A program made the position numbers and the translations under genes. Positions 17,371 through 27,613 of a stretch of 64,000 nucleotides of DNA are shown here, piece after piece; position 1 is the first letter of the stretch; each line of letters starts with the position of its first letter. The stretch lies in sequence record NC_041869.1, one strand, 5' to 3'. The notes beneath the pieces are model-generated. The model was given only the letters and a program-made list of their open reading frames with translations. It had not been told where the DNA came from and made no database searches. This stretch comes from Escherichia phage APECc02.

Positions 17371-17921
17371 TGGAAGCTTTCGAAAAAGTTTTTTCTGATC
17401 TTGAAACAACCATTGCTAAGCTCGTCAAGGTTGCCACAGGAAGAACTGTAGTTCTGGCAGAAAGCTTTACCATACCTAAGCCGGAAGGTGAGTTTGTACT
17501 TTTACAAACCTTGGCGATCAATCCAACCACTTGGGAAGATAATGAGTTTCAAGACGCGGAGGGTAATGCCTACGTCACCCACAGTTACACTGTTACTTAT
17601 CTGTTAACAGCTTATCGTGGCAGGGCATATGCTGCACTTAGCAGAGTATTGCAAGCAATAAACCTTCCGATGTTTTATGACAAGTATTTCCCTCTGGGAT
17701 CGTGCTTTGCCTACTCTAACAATTCAACAATCTCACCTCAAAGAGTGCCGTTGAATAAGCAGACGTATGAAAATAGAGCCACTGTGATGCTGACATTTAA
17801 CGTAAGGTTTGTTGAAACAGACATTGGGGCTTTTGAGGATCTTCAGGGAATTAAGGCTGAAATAACCACACACTTCCCTTCACCCAATTCTGGTAAAGCG
17901 GTTACAGACAGTGGTCAGTAA
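17370..17921 (+). CDS. hypothetical tail completion/terminator protein
   Basis: 183 aa, overlapping start/stop with upstream gene. Confidence 0.4.
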   Translation: MEAFEKVFSDLETTIAKLVKVATGRTVVLAESFTIPKPEGEFVLLQTLAINPTTWEDNEFQDAEGNAYVTHSYTVTYLLTAYRGRAYAALSRVLQAINLPMFYDKYFPLGSCFAYSNNSTISPQRVPLNKQTYENRATVMLTFNVRFVETDIGAFEDLQGIKAEITTHFPSPNSGKAVTDSGQ

Positions 17922-17993
17922 TCGTTATAATTGTGTAGTGTAATGATTACACTGCGTGTTTGATATCCGTGCACAGATATTAAGAGGAAACAA

Positions 17994-19370
17994 ATGCCAT
18001 ATTTAGATAAAGTGGTAGATGTTACAGTTAACCTCGGAACCCAGCCTATTGACACTGTAGGTTTCGAAACTCCCCTGTTCATCGCTATCCACAACAACTT
18101 TACTGAGCGAGCTCGCGTATACGCTGAGCTGGATCAGATGGTGGAAGATGGTTTCGCACAAGGCTCTGCAGCGTATGAGTTTGCAGCAAAAGCTTTTGGT
18201 GGTGTATTCCCTCCACAATACGTTATGATCGGCAGACAGGCCAAAGAAAAGACCACTGTAGATTTTAAAGGTATTGCTGCCGCAGCTGATACCGATGTCG
18301 TAATGACTATTGCAAAAGGTAGCTACAATACTTCTTTGATAGTGCCTATCTCTGGTGGAACAGGTGCAACTCAGATTGCAGAGTCAATGAAGACTAAAAT
18401 TGAAGCAGATGATAGCTTGAACGATATCACTGTAGAGGCTGCTGAAGGTGTTCTCACCATCACGGGTGATTGTACTGTTGGTTATCATACTGGCAACTAT
18501 ACAATCAAAAATATCGCCAATGCTGAAAAACCTTCTACAGTAGTTGATAAGATCAATGCTGAGCGTGACAATTGGTACTTCCTGTGCCATGAAGACCACA
18601 CCGACATTGAAGCATGTGCTAAGTGGGCTCAGGCTAACTACAAGCTGCATGTCTACTCTACTGCAGAAGATGTGACTGGTAAAGATAATAACATCGCCAC
18701 CAAACTGATGGCTGCACAATATGACAGTGTTGGCATGTACGATCCTCGTGCTGATAAAGATTTTCCAGAGGGTGGTATCGTAGGCGCTATGGCATCCAAC
18801 GATCCGTCTTACGGTGACAGCTTGCACTTAAAACAGATGCCGGGTGTGATTGCACCATCTCTGACTTTAACTCAGCGTATGGCGATTTGGGAAAACCACG
18901 TTAACTTCTACAGGATGATTAACGGTGTCGGTGCTTTCTGGGAAGGCAAGTGTGCTTCAGGTCAGTATGCAGACGCTATTCGTTTTGCACACTGGATCAA
19001 GTTCAGATCTGAAGAATCCATGTTTGGGTACATGCATCGTCGCTCCAATATGGGTTTAAGCATGAAGATGTCTGATGATGATCTTCCGGTTATCAAGTCT
19101 GTCCTGATGAACAACCCAATCAACACTGGCATTAAGAATGGTGCGATCCTGACAGGTTTCGACGAAGACAATAATGTATTCTACGACCCGATCATCACAG
19201 TTCCTAAACGTGCAGAAATCCCAACCAATCAGTTGGCTGCTCGTGTTCTGGAAGGTGTGAAAGTAGAACTGGTGTATAACAACGCCCTGCACTTCGTTCG
19301 TATCCGGATCAATGTCCTTCTGGACAAAGTTGGTTCTAAATCCACCAATGCTGTTGCAATGACTGAATAA
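17994..19370 (+). CDS. major tail protein (sheath-sized, 458 aa; sheath vs tube not resolved)
   Basis: Large ORF two genes upstream of the frameshifted tail chaperone; strong RBS. Confidence 0.45.
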   Translation: MPYLDKVVDVTVNLGTQPIDTVGFETPLFIAIHNNFTERARVYAELDQMVEDGFAQGSAAYEFAAKAFGGVFPPQYVMIGRQAKEKTTVDFKGIAAAADTDVVMTIAKGSYNTSLIVPISGGTGATQIAESMKTKIEADDSLNDITVEAAEGVLTITGDCTVGYHTGNYTIKNIANAEKPSTVVDKINAERDNWYFLCHEDHTDIEACAKWAQANYKLHVYSTAEDVTGKDNNIATKLMAAQYDSVGMYDPRADKDFPEGGIVGAMASNDPSYGDSLHLKQMPGVIAPSLTLTQRMAIWENHVNFYRMINGVGAFWEGKCASGQYADAIRFAHWIKFRSEESMFGYMHRRSNMGLSMKMSDDDLPVIKSVLMNNPINTGIKNGAILTGFDEDNNVFYDPIITVPKRAEIPTNQLAARVLEGVKVELVYNNALHFVRIRINVLLDKVGSKSTNAVAMTE

Positions 19371-19380
19371 GGAAGCCTAG

Positions 19381-19854
19381 ATGGAAACTCAAATTTTAAC
19401 TCCTTATGCGTATGACCCTAAAAAGGTCAAACTGTATCTGATGCAGCAGCGTGTCACTGGCTTCGCTGCTGACACCAAGATTGTTGTTTCAAGAAACGAA
19501 GACAACATTTACCCTCACGTCGGTGTGGATGGTGAAATGTCTGCGGCTCTGTCTCGTAACCAATCTGGTGTTATGACCGTGTCTTTGCAGAACACTTCTG
19601 TATGGAACGCTTACCTTTCTGACTGGCAGAAACAGGCATCGATTACTGGTCTGGTATTCTTCCCAGTTCTGCTGGAAGGTAGCCAGGGTCCTGGTATTTC
19701 CACAATTGGTTGGATCCAGAAACAGCCTGACCTGACTTACGGAACCGAAGTAGGTCAACTGGACTGGGATATCGGTATTCTGGATGCATGGCTCAACCGT
19801 GATAACATCACTGGTGCTCTTACTGGCCTCGCAGGTCTTGCAGGTATTATCTAA
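19381..19854 (+). CDS. tail tube-like protein (putative)
   Basis: 157 aa ORF immediately upstream of chaperone; followed by strong terminator. Confidence 0.4.
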   Translation: METQILTPYAYDPKKVKLYLMQQRVTGFAADTKIVVSRNEDNIYPHVGVDGEMSAALSRNQSGVMTVSLQNTSVWNAYLSDWQKQASITGLVFFPVLLEGSQGPGISTIGWIQKQPDLTYGTEVGQLDWDIGILDAWLNRDNITGALTGLAGLAGII

Positions 19855-19872
19855 GGGCACACTTTAGCATAA

Positions 19873-19900
19873 GCCTCACCTTCGGGTGGGGCTTTTTGCT
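19873..19900 (+). terminator. rho-independent terminator
   Basis: GCCTCACC-TTCG-GGTGGGGC then TTTTTGCTTTT. Confidence 0.7.
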
Positions 19901-19944
19901 TTTATGGTTTTGACACACGTTCTTGAATTGCTTGGAAGGTTAAA

Positions 19945-19973
19945 TTGACAATGCACCATAATCATGGTAAAAT
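19945..19973 (+). promoter_or_regulatory. promoter TTGACA-17-TAAAAT (TGGTAAAAT)
   Basis: -35 19945-19950, -10 19968-19973. Confidence 0.5.
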
Positions 19974-20016
19974 ACACAAATATGGTGCACAACATGACTA
20001 ATAAGGATGCTATAAA

Positions 20017-20490
20017 ATGGCTATAAACTTTAGACCTACAACAGAGATTGATTTAGCAGGGCACAACTTTGTGATCACCCACTGGGGACCGATGAAAGCA
20101 ATGAAAAACATGCCTAAAATCGGTAAGATTGTGGCTGTCCCGCTAGGTGCTATCGGTGGATCTATTATCTCAGGCGGTCAGAACATGGCAGAGGTCCTTC
20201 CTACAGCTCTGGCTTACCTGTTCCAAGAACTTGATGATAACTCTATCGAAGAGTTATTTAAAATTTTGTTCGAAGATATTACCGTAGATGGTGTGGATAA
20301 GCTTAACCCGGATGTTGTGTTTGCAGGGCATCTGCTGGAGATGATTAAGCTGGCAGGTAAGGTTCTGGAGGTTAACTACGGCTGTTTTTTCACACAAGAC
20401 GGTTTAGGAAGCCTTCTGGAGATGTTACAGCAGATGGGTATGATTCAGCAGGTGAACAACCTGGATCAGACTCCGGAAGAGCAGGAATAA
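20017..20490 (+). CDS. tail assembly chaperone (G-like)
   Basis: 157 aa ORF directly upstream of tape measure with slippery heptamer near 3' end. Confidence 0.7.
   Translation: MAINFRPTTEIDLAGHNFVITHWGPMKAMKNMPKIGKIVAVPLGAIGGSIISGGQNMAEVLPTALAYLFQELDDNSIEELFKILFEDITVDGVDKLNPDVVFAGHLLEMIKLAGKVLEVNYGCFFTQDGLGSLLEMLQQMGMIQQVNNLDQTPEEQE
20385..20391 (+). other. -1 programmed ribosomal frameshift slippery site T TTT TTC
   Basis: X XXY YYZ heptamer in chaperone frame; -1 frame is open from 20376 to 20750. Confidence 0.65.
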
Positions 20491-20750
20491 GCAAGGTTGT
20501 TGTGAGGGCCAGTGAGTGGGCAGCCAAGAACAGTTCACTCAACTGGTTCGACTTTCTTTGGTGTAGGGTGCTCAAGAATTTCAAAGGGGAAAATTTTGAA
20601 TCGCTAAATCTTGCAGATATGGCGTATTTCCTGAAGCTCTGTGAGTATCTTGATATCGAAGAATTCCTAGATACCGTCCAAAACAGGGAAATGGAGCGGG
20701 AGCAGAAGGCTGCCGCAGCTGCTGCGAAAGCTAAGCGCAGGAGAGGATAA
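20385..20750 (+). CDS. tail chaperone -1 frameshift extension (GT-like product with 20017..20390)
   Basis: -1 frame open across the 3' end of the chaperone gene and through ORF 20502..20750. Confidence 0.6.
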   Translation, partial: FFHTRRFRKPSGDVTADGYDSAGEQPGSDSGRAGISKVVVRASEWAAKNSSLNWFDFLWCRVLKNFKGENFESLNLADMAYFLKLCEYLDIEEFLDTVQNREMEREQKAAAAAAKAKRRRG

Positions 20751-20754
20751 TCTA

Positions 20755-20792
20755 AGGGCCGGATTCCTTTTCTGGGATCTGGCCCTTTTTAT
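20755..20792 (+). terminator. hairpin plus T-run
   Basis: GGGCC...GGCCC then TTTTTATT. Confidence 0.45.
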
Positions 20793-20804
20793 TATGAGGA
20801 AACC

Positions 20805-23141
20805 ATGGCTACAAACAAAATAGTTGCCACAACAGTCAACAAGATTGGCTTTGAGATAGAGAACTCCTCCTACAAAAAAGCTGTAGAGAAAATTCGCAGT
20901 ATTGGGAGGGAGTTCAGGAAACTGGGCGAGGATTTTAACTCAGCCAACCCCATGAGTAGATGGCAGGCGGTAGCTGTTAAAACCCAGCAGACAATGCAGC
21001 GGGTTGCCAGACAGCAATCTCAGGCAAATGCTAAACTGCACAGAGAGAGCGTAGCACAGGCCAAGAAAGAGGCTGCAGTAAGGGCTGCAATAGAACGTAG
21101 GGAGAATGCGAGACGTAAACAAGCTGTAGGTAATCTTACCGCTAAAAATCCAGAAATGGCTAGGATGCGTAAGTTCTACCAGCAGCAAGCTAAAGAGGCC
21201 AAAAAGGCTGCCAAATCTGCACCAGTGTCTTACGGTGGTTATAAGGCACCTAAGGCAAGAGTTTTGGCTAATGCCAAATCTTTCAAATATATCCCAGGTA
21301 ACCCTAATATGGGTGGTGTGGCTTCCGACCCTAACCTTGTGAAAGCTCAGACAGCCGCTATGAATCGTTATCATAGACAGCTAAGAAGAGACAGTAAAGC
21401 TGGTATGGATAATAGGCTTATGTCGGATCGTGAGGCAAGGAGAACCCACCTCTACAACTCCGCGATAAGACTTTCTGCCAAGTATGGGGCCGGATTCCGT
21501 GGAAGCTTGCCAGGATACTCAGAGTTAGAGTCCAGGTTTGCTCGCGGGGAGATGAAGAAGTCAACCTTTAACGCCCACCTGTCAGCGCTGCAGTCTGGGT
21601 TTAAAAGCGCCACCAGCCAAACGCTTACACTAGGCGATGCCATGAGAGACTTACGTAGATCTGTTATTAATGCAACAGCTGCGTATACAGCTTTTTCTGG
21701 ATTTGCTGCGGTTAACAGATCCGGTCACATGATGGAGGGGGCAAGTGCTGCTCTTACTGCTGTCACTGGAGATCCAAACAAAGCCAACAGTGAGGTTGCG
21801 TTTGTCCAGCAAGAGGCTATGCGTCTTGGTTTTGATCTCAAATCTGGTCTTCAAGGTTACGCCCAGATGTCGGTAAACGCCAAAAACCAGATGACAAATC
21901 AGGAAGTGCATGAGCTGTTTTCTGCATACTCCCAGTATGCTGCTGCTTATGGTGCCGATGAGGTAAAATACCAGCGCGGTATTATGGCTATCCAACAGAT
22001 GCTTGGCAAGGGACAAGTAATGTCCGAAGAACTGAAGCAACAACTTGCTGAAGCATTGCCTGGTGCATACGAACCTTTTATCAAGGCCACCAAAGAGGCT
22101 TTTGGTCTTTCTGAACTCTCCATGGATCAGTTCATGGACATGATGAAGAAAGGTGAGGTTAAAACAGCCAAGATCATGAAGTATGTGGCTAAGTACATGA
22201 ACGAGGCATCTGCAGCTGGTTATGAAAGAATGCAGAAGTCTAACGTGCTGGCAGAAAACAGACTGAAAACCTTCATCGAACTGACTCGTCAGAAACTGTT
22301 CACCCGTTGGTCTGACGAACTAACAGAGTTCTATTATACACTAATCCGCACTGGTGAGACTCTGCAATTTGTGTGGGATGCCTCTGGTGATTTTGTTAGC
22401 GGGTTTGTGAGAGGCCTTAACTGGGTAGTTGGTGAACTAAACAACACTATAGTCAAGATCCGCATGTTTTTCCTTGAATGGGGGATTAAATGGGGATTCA
22501 TAACAGCTAAGACGAAGGAATATTCTGAAGAGCTTCATGACACCTTTAGCTATGCTAAATGGGCAGGGTTTGCTGCTGCCATCATGCTGGTAGTCAACGC
22601 CCTAACAAAAGGTTTTGTCATGGCATCCATGCTTGTAAAAACCTTTAAATTCCTTAACTCTCTAAGGGGTGCAGCTGGAGCAGCGGGTGCCGCTACTACA
22701 GAAGGATCTGGTGGTGGAGCTCCGGCAGGAAAAGGTGGGGGTGGCCTCAAGACACCTGGTGGCAAAGTTGGTCTGCTCGGTAAGCTGGGCATTATCGGTA
22801 CAATACTAAGCGCCGGGGAATTATTTAATGACCGTTACAACCCACTAAGTGAAAGAAATCAGCAGCTAGATACTATCAGCGATATGATTCGCAAAGATAT
22901 CATATCGGGAGGTAACGGGTTTGTTAATCCTTTGGACACCTTACCTGGCGGGACTCTTCCGTTGCCGGGTGGCCCTGGTTTTGCTTCTCAATTAAGAACT
23001 ATGGAAATGCTACCTTTAGAGATCAGTGATGGGAAAATCACGATTTCAATAGATGAGGGTGAGTTTAACAAAATATTTGATGCAAAACTTGAGTGGGAGA
23101 ACAATAAAGATATCAACTTCATGTCTACCGACCTTTGGTAA
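20805..23141 (+). CDS. tail tape measure protein
   Basis: 778 aa, coiled-coil-rich, Gly-rich stretch GAAGAAGAATTEGSGGGAPAGKGGGG, follows chaperone/frameshift pair. Confidence 0.8.
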   Translation: MATNKIVATTVNKIGFEIENSSYKKAVEKIRSIGREFRKLGEDFNSANPMSRWQAVAVKTQQTMQRVARQQSQANAKLHRESVAQAKKEAAVRAAIERRENARRKQAVGNLTAKNPEMARMRKFYQQQAKEAKKAAKSAPVSYGGYKAPKARVLANAKSFKYIPGNPNMGGVASDPNLVKAQTAAMNRYHRQLRRDSKAGMDNRLMSDREARRTHLYNSAIRLSAKYGAGFRGSLPGYSELESRFARGEMKKSTFNAHLSALQSGFKSATSQTLTLGDAMRDLRRSVINATAAYTAFSGFAAVNRSGHMMEGASAALTAVTGDPNKANSEVAFVQQEAMRLGFDLKSGLQGYAQMSVNAKNQMTNQEVHELFSAYSQYAAAYGADEVKYQRGIMAIQQMLGKGQVMSEELKQQLAEALPGAYEPFIKATKEAFGLSELSMDQFMDMMKKGEVKTAKIMKYVAKYMNEASAAGYERMQKSNVLAENRLKTFIELTRQKLFTRWSDELTEFYYTLIRTGETLQFVWDASGDFVSGFVRGLNWVVGELNNTIVKIRMFFLEWGIKWGFITAKTKEYSEELHDTFSYAKWAGFAAAIMLVVNALTKGFVMASMLVKTFKFLNSLRGAAGAAGAATTEGSGGGAPAGKGGGGLKTPGGKVGLLGKLGIIGTILSAGELFNDRYNPLSERNQQLDTISDMIRKDIISGGNGFVNPLDTLPGGTLPLPGGPGFASQLRTMEMLPLEISDGKITISIDEGEFNKIFDAKLEWENNKDINFMSTDLW

Positions 23142-23153
23142 TAAACTGTGCAA

Positions 23154-23178
23154 GGGGGCTCCGGCCCCCTTTATTTTA
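23154..23178 (+). terminator. rho-independent terminator
   Basis: GGGGGC-TCCG-GCCCCC then TTTATTTTAT. Confidence 0.65.
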
Positions 23179-23184
23179 TCGGTG

Positions 23185-23213
23185 TTGTAAAAACGGCTAT
23201 TTTATGATACAAT
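23185..23213 (+). promoter_or_regulatory. promoter TTGTAA-17-TACAAT
   Basis: Upstream of 23247 gene. Confidence 0.4.
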
Positions 23214-23246
23214 ATCTAGATGGTATCGGAGTGTCCTGGAGAGGTT

Positions 23247-24131
23247 ATGCCAAGCAATATAGTTGATGAAAAAGACCTGTACAAGCCTCAAGAGGTTAAA
23301 TCTCCAAAGGCTGAAAAGGCAGAGCAGCAAACTGAAAGCGATGTAAAGTACACTATGTTTGTCAGCGGTCTTAACTATGGCGGTCGCAATACGGGGATGA
23401 AGGGTAAAAACTTTACTAACGATCTTGCCATTATCTTCGATCAGGTTGAGAATTACTCTTTCAAACATTCTGTTGATAAGACTGGGTTTGCGGTGGAAGA
23501 TAAATCTACCCTGTCAGACCACGCCGTAATTAAAGATGGTGTATTTTCTTTTACTGGTAGGGTAAATACATCCCCACACATAATCTATGAGCAAAACTAC
23601 ATTGATAGGAATACTGACTCTAAAAACCCTGCAGCATCTATGCGACCAGGCGCTGCATTGGAGGCTTTGACTGAGATTATCAATAAGCGACAGTTGGTTT
23701 CTTTGGTTACCGAGGAGAGACTTCTTGAGAACTACATCATAACCAGTCTTTCTGCCAACAAGTCTGTTGGTGAAGGCGCTGCAATGGTGTTTGATGTAGA
23801 ACTTACAGAGTTCCGCACATTCTACTTGAATAAGGTTGTTAATGCAACTGTATACAGCAATCCTAAGAAAGTAGGCAAGACCCAACAAAAAGGCGCTGTC
23901 AACGACTGTAAGAATGGTAGTAACGTAGGTAACAAGAGGGACACAGGAGCATTCGCAGACACTGCATCCACAAACGCTGCAGAGGAGTGGCAGCCATACA
24001 AATCTATGATGTGGACAGATGAAAACGGTGTTACCCAATCGGCTGCGGATTGGTATTATCAGGAATATGGAAGACCTTCTACCATAGTCCCATCTGAGCA
24101 GGGAAACTACAACAAAGTTAACGGGAAATAA
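23247..24131 (+). CDS. hypothetical tail protein
   Basis: ATG 23247 with GGAGAGG RBS; 294 aa. Confidence 0.45.
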   Translation: MPSNIVDEKDLYKPQEVKSPKAEKAEQQTESDVKYTMFVSGLNYGGRNTGMKGKNFTNDLAIIFDQVENYSFKHSVDKTGFAVEDKSTLSDHAVIKDGVFSFTGRVNTSPHIIYEQNYIDRNTDSKNPAASMRPGAALEALTEIINKRQLVSLVTEERLLENYIITSLSANKSVGEGAAMVFDVELTEFRTFYLNKVVNATVYSNPKKVGKTQQKGAVNDCKNGSNVGNKRDTGAFADTASTNAAEEWQPYKSMMWTDENGVTQSAADWYYQEYGRPSTIVPSEQGNYNKVNGK

Positions 24132-24143
24132 GGGGAGCGTATA

Positions 24144-24524
24144 ATGGAGCTTAAAGATTGGTGCATAATCACCTTTGTGTGGGACATTGACGGCTTTCCT
24201 GACCAAACCATGCGTGTTGTTTTAGACAATGAAACGTATGAAATGCGTATGCAATGGAATGAGAGGGATGAGTCCTGGTGGTTATCTCTTGGTCCAGTAG
24301 GTGATAGCCCTTTAGTAACCAGAAAAGTAACAGCTTGTCAAGATATTTTAGACGGGCTGCATTACAGAGATGATTTACCGAAAGGAAGACTGATGGTGCT
24401 GTCGTTTAAAGACGATCAATATTGGGGTAGAGTTGGAAGATATAACCTTGGGGCGAGATCTGAGCTACAACTTGTATACGGCACCCCGGTTGATCTTTAC
24501 AAGGAACAGCAAGGGTTAGAATAA
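24144..24524 (+). CDS. hypothetical tail protein
   Basis: 126 aa ORF. Confidence 0.45.
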   Translation: MELKDWCIITFVWDIDGFPDQTMRVVLDNETYEMRMQWNERDESWWLSLGPVGDSPLVTRKVTACQDILDGLHYRDDLPKGRLMVLSFKDDQYWGRVGRYNLGARSELQLVYGTPVDLYKEQQGLE

Positions 24525-25528
24525 TGGCAGAGTACAGACGTAGAACATGGCGATTATTGTTTGGTCGTCCTGTAGAACATGGCGGCAAATCAAAAACCAA
24601 TATCCCAAAATCTGTTGAAAAGAAAGGGGAGAGTGATTCCGGAGTTTATGAAGTTAGCTCGGACACTGGTGCTGCCAATATAGAGTTTGACATACAAAAG
24701 GACAATACCAAAGAGCCAAACAAAGGTTATGTGACAGTTTACAACCTGTCTGACGATACAGTTAACTATCTGGACATGCATCAGGCTGATGCCCTTGCAG
24801 TTATGTTTGAAGCTGGCTATGATGATGAGAACCAGTTAATATTCTCCGGAACTGTGGAGTTTGTTGAAGACAGATGGGAAGGTCCGACCAGAAAAACTAA
24901 GTTCATCTTCGGGGATGGCACTGAGAACATCATTAAGTGCCAAAGCACAAGATCTTATCAGAAAGGCACACCTCTGAACTCTGTGCTTAATGACCTGCTG
25001 AAGGATATGAACTTGCCAAAAGGTAGGGTTGTTGGTTTTGGAAACCAGACTTTGCAATACTCTATGGCTTTCTCTGGAAACACTGCAGAGAACCTCCGCA
25101 GGTTTGCAAGGCTGACCAACTCCACATTTAGCGTTCAGGATGGGGCTTTGTATTGGACCAAGGTTGGAAAAAGGTTCAAAGACTCTGTGTTTGAAATAAG
25201 TGCAGAGTCTGGGATGCACGGATCTCCTACCCCTAAAAACCCAGAACCTGCTAAAAAACGAAAAGCTAAAGCTGCTGCCAAAGGTGGTTCGACATCTAAA
25301 AAGAAAAAGAAAAACCCGAGAGAGGATGTTGGCCTTACTGTAACCACATGCCTTAACGGAGCTATCCTCCCAGAGTCCACTATTTATCTTAAAAGCAAGC
25401 AATATACAGGCTTCTATAAGGTGATCACGGTGCATCATAAGGGCACCATAGAAGGTGGTGATTACACTACAGAGCTTGGCCTTGGGGAAACAGTGGGTGG
25501 AGTTGTTGACAAAACTGAGGAGGTATAA
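24524..25528 (+). CDS. hypothetical tail/baseplate protein
   Basis: 334 aa; Lys-rich internal linker. Confidence 0.4.
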   Translation: MAEYRRRTWRLLFGRPVEHGGKSKTNIPKSVEKKGESDSGVYEVSSDTGAANIEFDIQKDNTKEPNKGYVTVYNLSDDTVNYLDMHQADALAVMFEAGYDDENQLIFSGTVEFVEDRWEGPTRKTKFIFGDGTENIIKCQSTRSYQKGTPLNSVLNDLLKDMNLPKGRVVGFGNQTLQYSMAFSGNTAENLRRFARLTNSTFSVQDGALYWTKVGKRFKDSVFEISAESGMHGSPTPKNPEPAKKRKAKAAAKGGSTSKKKKKNPREDVGLTVTTCLNGAILPESTIYLKSKQYTGFYKVITVHHKGTIEGGDYTTELGLGETVGGVVDKTEEV

Positions 25529-26205
25529 TGGCAATAAATAGGAAAGATGCTGCTGTAAGATCCTTTATAGAAAAAATAATGAGGGACTACCACACCAGTA
25601 TCAGGGCCAGAGTTGTCAGTGTAGACTACAGTATCCCTTCTGCAGCCGTGCAGCCAATTGCTGAAACCACGTTTGATGACGGGGATGTAGAGAGATACCC
25701 TCTTATCTATGACGTTCCAATTCAGGTGATGTCTGCAAACAGCGGAAAGGCAAGGTTAACACTCCCTATTAAGGCTGGAGATGTTGTAGGATTGCAGTTT
25801 TCAGAGAGAAATGAAAACAATAACGACGATCAACAAACTCACGGTCTGTTTCCGGGGTGGGCAATAACCTCTGTTCATTCAGACTCAAACGCTTTACAGA
25901 TCGATCCTGATAACGTAGAGTTATGGAATGATAGGGTTTATTTTAAACTGACACCTTCTGGAGATTTTGAGCTTCAAACACCCGGTGGGACATTACGGTG
26001 CGACAGCAGCGGGGAGTTTTCTTTCACTAACGGGGCTGCCAATTTGCGAGCTGCTGTGGATGGGAATATCAGAATGAATGGTGCTACAATAGACCCATCT
26101 GGTAGAATTATAACTGCTGCTGGCGTGGATTTGGATTCATTCTATGCAGAATATAAAGGTCATACCCACTCTTGCCCTGATGGCGAGACAAGTGGACCAC
26201 ACTAA
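25528..26205 (+). CDS. baseplate spike-like protein (gpV-like apex motif)
   Basis: C-terminal GHTHSCPDGETSGP resembles the HxH metal-binding apex of P2 gpV-type spikes. Confidence 0.45.
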   Translation: MAINRKDAAVRSFIEKIMRDYHTSIRARVVSVDYSIPSAAVQPIAETTFDDGDVERYPLIYDVPIQVMSANSGKARLTLPIKAGDVVGLQFSERNENNNDDQQTHGLFPGWAITSVHSDSNALQIDPDNVELWNDRVYFKLTPSGDFELQTPGGTLRCDSSGEFSFTNGAANLRAAVDGNIRMNGATIDPSGRIITAAGVDLDSFYAEYKGHTHSCPDGETSGPH

Positions 26206-26217
26206 TAGAGGGCTTTA

Positions 26218-26934
26218 ATGGCTACGCTTTATAGTGATATATTGATGGACCCACAGACAGGCGATTTGGCGATAGACAAAGGTCTTGAGTTGATAGATTC
26301 AAACCAGGTAAGTCTGCGCCAGCGCTTGTGGATGAGGTTTAATACGTGGAAGGGGAGCTGGTACTTTGACGAACTGTTTGGCTTCCCTTATATGGACTTT
26401 CTCAGTAAGAAGGTCATGAAGACTGTTCTTGATAACAAGATCATGGAAGTGGCAAGACAAGAGCCGGATGTGCTAAACATCATAAACTTCCAGTCTACCA
26501 TGGACCGAAGATCGAGAACATACCAAGCGTTCTTTGAGGTTGTTACCAAAGAGAACGAGATTGTAAGGCTGGCTTTCGTAGGTCTTGATCAGTTCACCTA
26601 CCCACAACCTGATTCTGGGACAACCTCTCTCTGTGATGATGAGGGTTGGATTAAGTGGGCTAATAAACTGTACTACCTGATCAACTTCAGATTACCTAGA
26701 ACCGGAGATGCCACATGGTGGAACCAGTATGCTGGTCCTGAGATGGAAAACCCGATCCCTGTAGGCTCTCTGTTGACTCAGGATAAAGATCTGCTGATGA
26801 CTGAGGCAGAACAAACCATTAACCGCAATACCTGGACGCTTGCTCCAGATGAGCGCGAATACTCTGGTGTTATTGCTACCTCCAATGATGAGGCTATTGC
26901 CAACCAGTCTGGTCGTGCTATTGATGTTAACTAA
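26218..26934 (+). CDS. baseplate wedge-like protein (gp25/W-like N-terminal domain, extended)
   Basis: N-terminal pattern GDLAIDKGLELIDSNQVSLRQRLWMRFNTWKGSWYFDELFG typical of small baseplate wedge proteins. Confidence 0.4.
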   Translation: MATLYSDILMDPQTGDLAIDKGLELIDSNQVSLRQRLWMRFNTWKGSWYFDELFGFPYMDFLSKKVMKTVLDNKIMEVARQEPDVLNIINFQSTMDRRSRTYQAFFEVVTKENEIVRLAFVGLDQFTYPQPDSGTTSLCDDEGWIKWANKLYYLINFRLPRTGDATWWNQYAGPEMENPIPVGSLLTQDKDLLMTEAEQTINRNTWTLAPDEREYSGVIATSNDEAIANQSGRAIDVN

Positions 26935-26943
26935 GGAGAAATC

Positions 26944-27612
26944 ATGGCTGTAGCTTATCCTACAATACCAATTCCAGATCTTGAAGATGCAGAAACAGTC
27001 CTGAGTGATGACTTCTTGGTTGTCAACCAGACTGATGGGACAAGAAAGGCTAAGATTGACGATGTTGTCAACGATCTTAGCATTACTAAGATAGTCTATT
27101 TCACAGAAGGTGGTTATCTTAAGAGCAAGAAGGACTTTGCTTATGACCCAGAGACTAAGCGCTACTACACGTGGAACGGGGATTATCCTAAAATAATCCT
27201 ACCAGACTCCACTGTAGAGGGTGCTGGGGGCGTGTCTGCAAATGCCTGGTCTGTTTTTGGTGAGCTTGCTGCAACTTCTTCTGGCAGAATAGTTGATTAC
27301 GGATCTATCGGTGGTCAGCTTGATATGGATCTTGAAGTTGCGGATACCTTTAAGGTTCGACTAACTTCAAATACTACAATCTCTTTTGAAAATCAAACAG
27401 AAGGTCTTGAAGGGGTGGCGAGAACTATAACCGTATGCATTACTCAGACCTCTGGCGGCAACAAAGTCTATTGGCCTGGTAATGTTAAATGGTCCTACGG
27501 AAGAGATCCTATCCTAACATTTACAGCTGGTGCAACAGATATTTTCAAGTTGGAAACCTACGACAACGGGTTAACTTGGTACGGGGCACTGATTATCGCA
27601 GGAGCTATCTAA
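26944..27612 (+). CDS. tail fibre-like protein sharing N-terminal anchor domain with 30247 gene
   Basis: N-terminal 100 aa alignable with N-terminus of the 1479-aa fibre. Confidence 0.45.
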   Translation: MAVAYPTIPIPDLEDAETVLSDDFLVVNQTDGTRKAKIDDVVNDLSITKIVYFTEGGYLKSKKDFAYDPETKRYYTWNGDYPKIILPDSTVEGAGGVSANAWSVFGELAATSSGRIVDYGSIGGQLDMDLEVADTFKVRLTSNTTISFENQTEGLEGVARTITVCITQTSGGNKVYWPGNVKWSYGRDPILTFTAGATDIFKLETYDNGLTWYGALIIAGAI

Positions 27613-27613
27613 G

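Noticed and set aside
17934-17955. Palindrome AGTGTAAT-GA-TTACACT upstream of major tail gene as a terminator
   Set aside because: No downstream T-tract; more likely an operator or processing site, not called as a feature.
20502-20750. Independent 82-aa gene downstream of tail chaperone
   Set aside because: Its frame is open back into the chaperone gene and is reached by a canonical -1 slippery heptamer; better explained as the frameshift extension.
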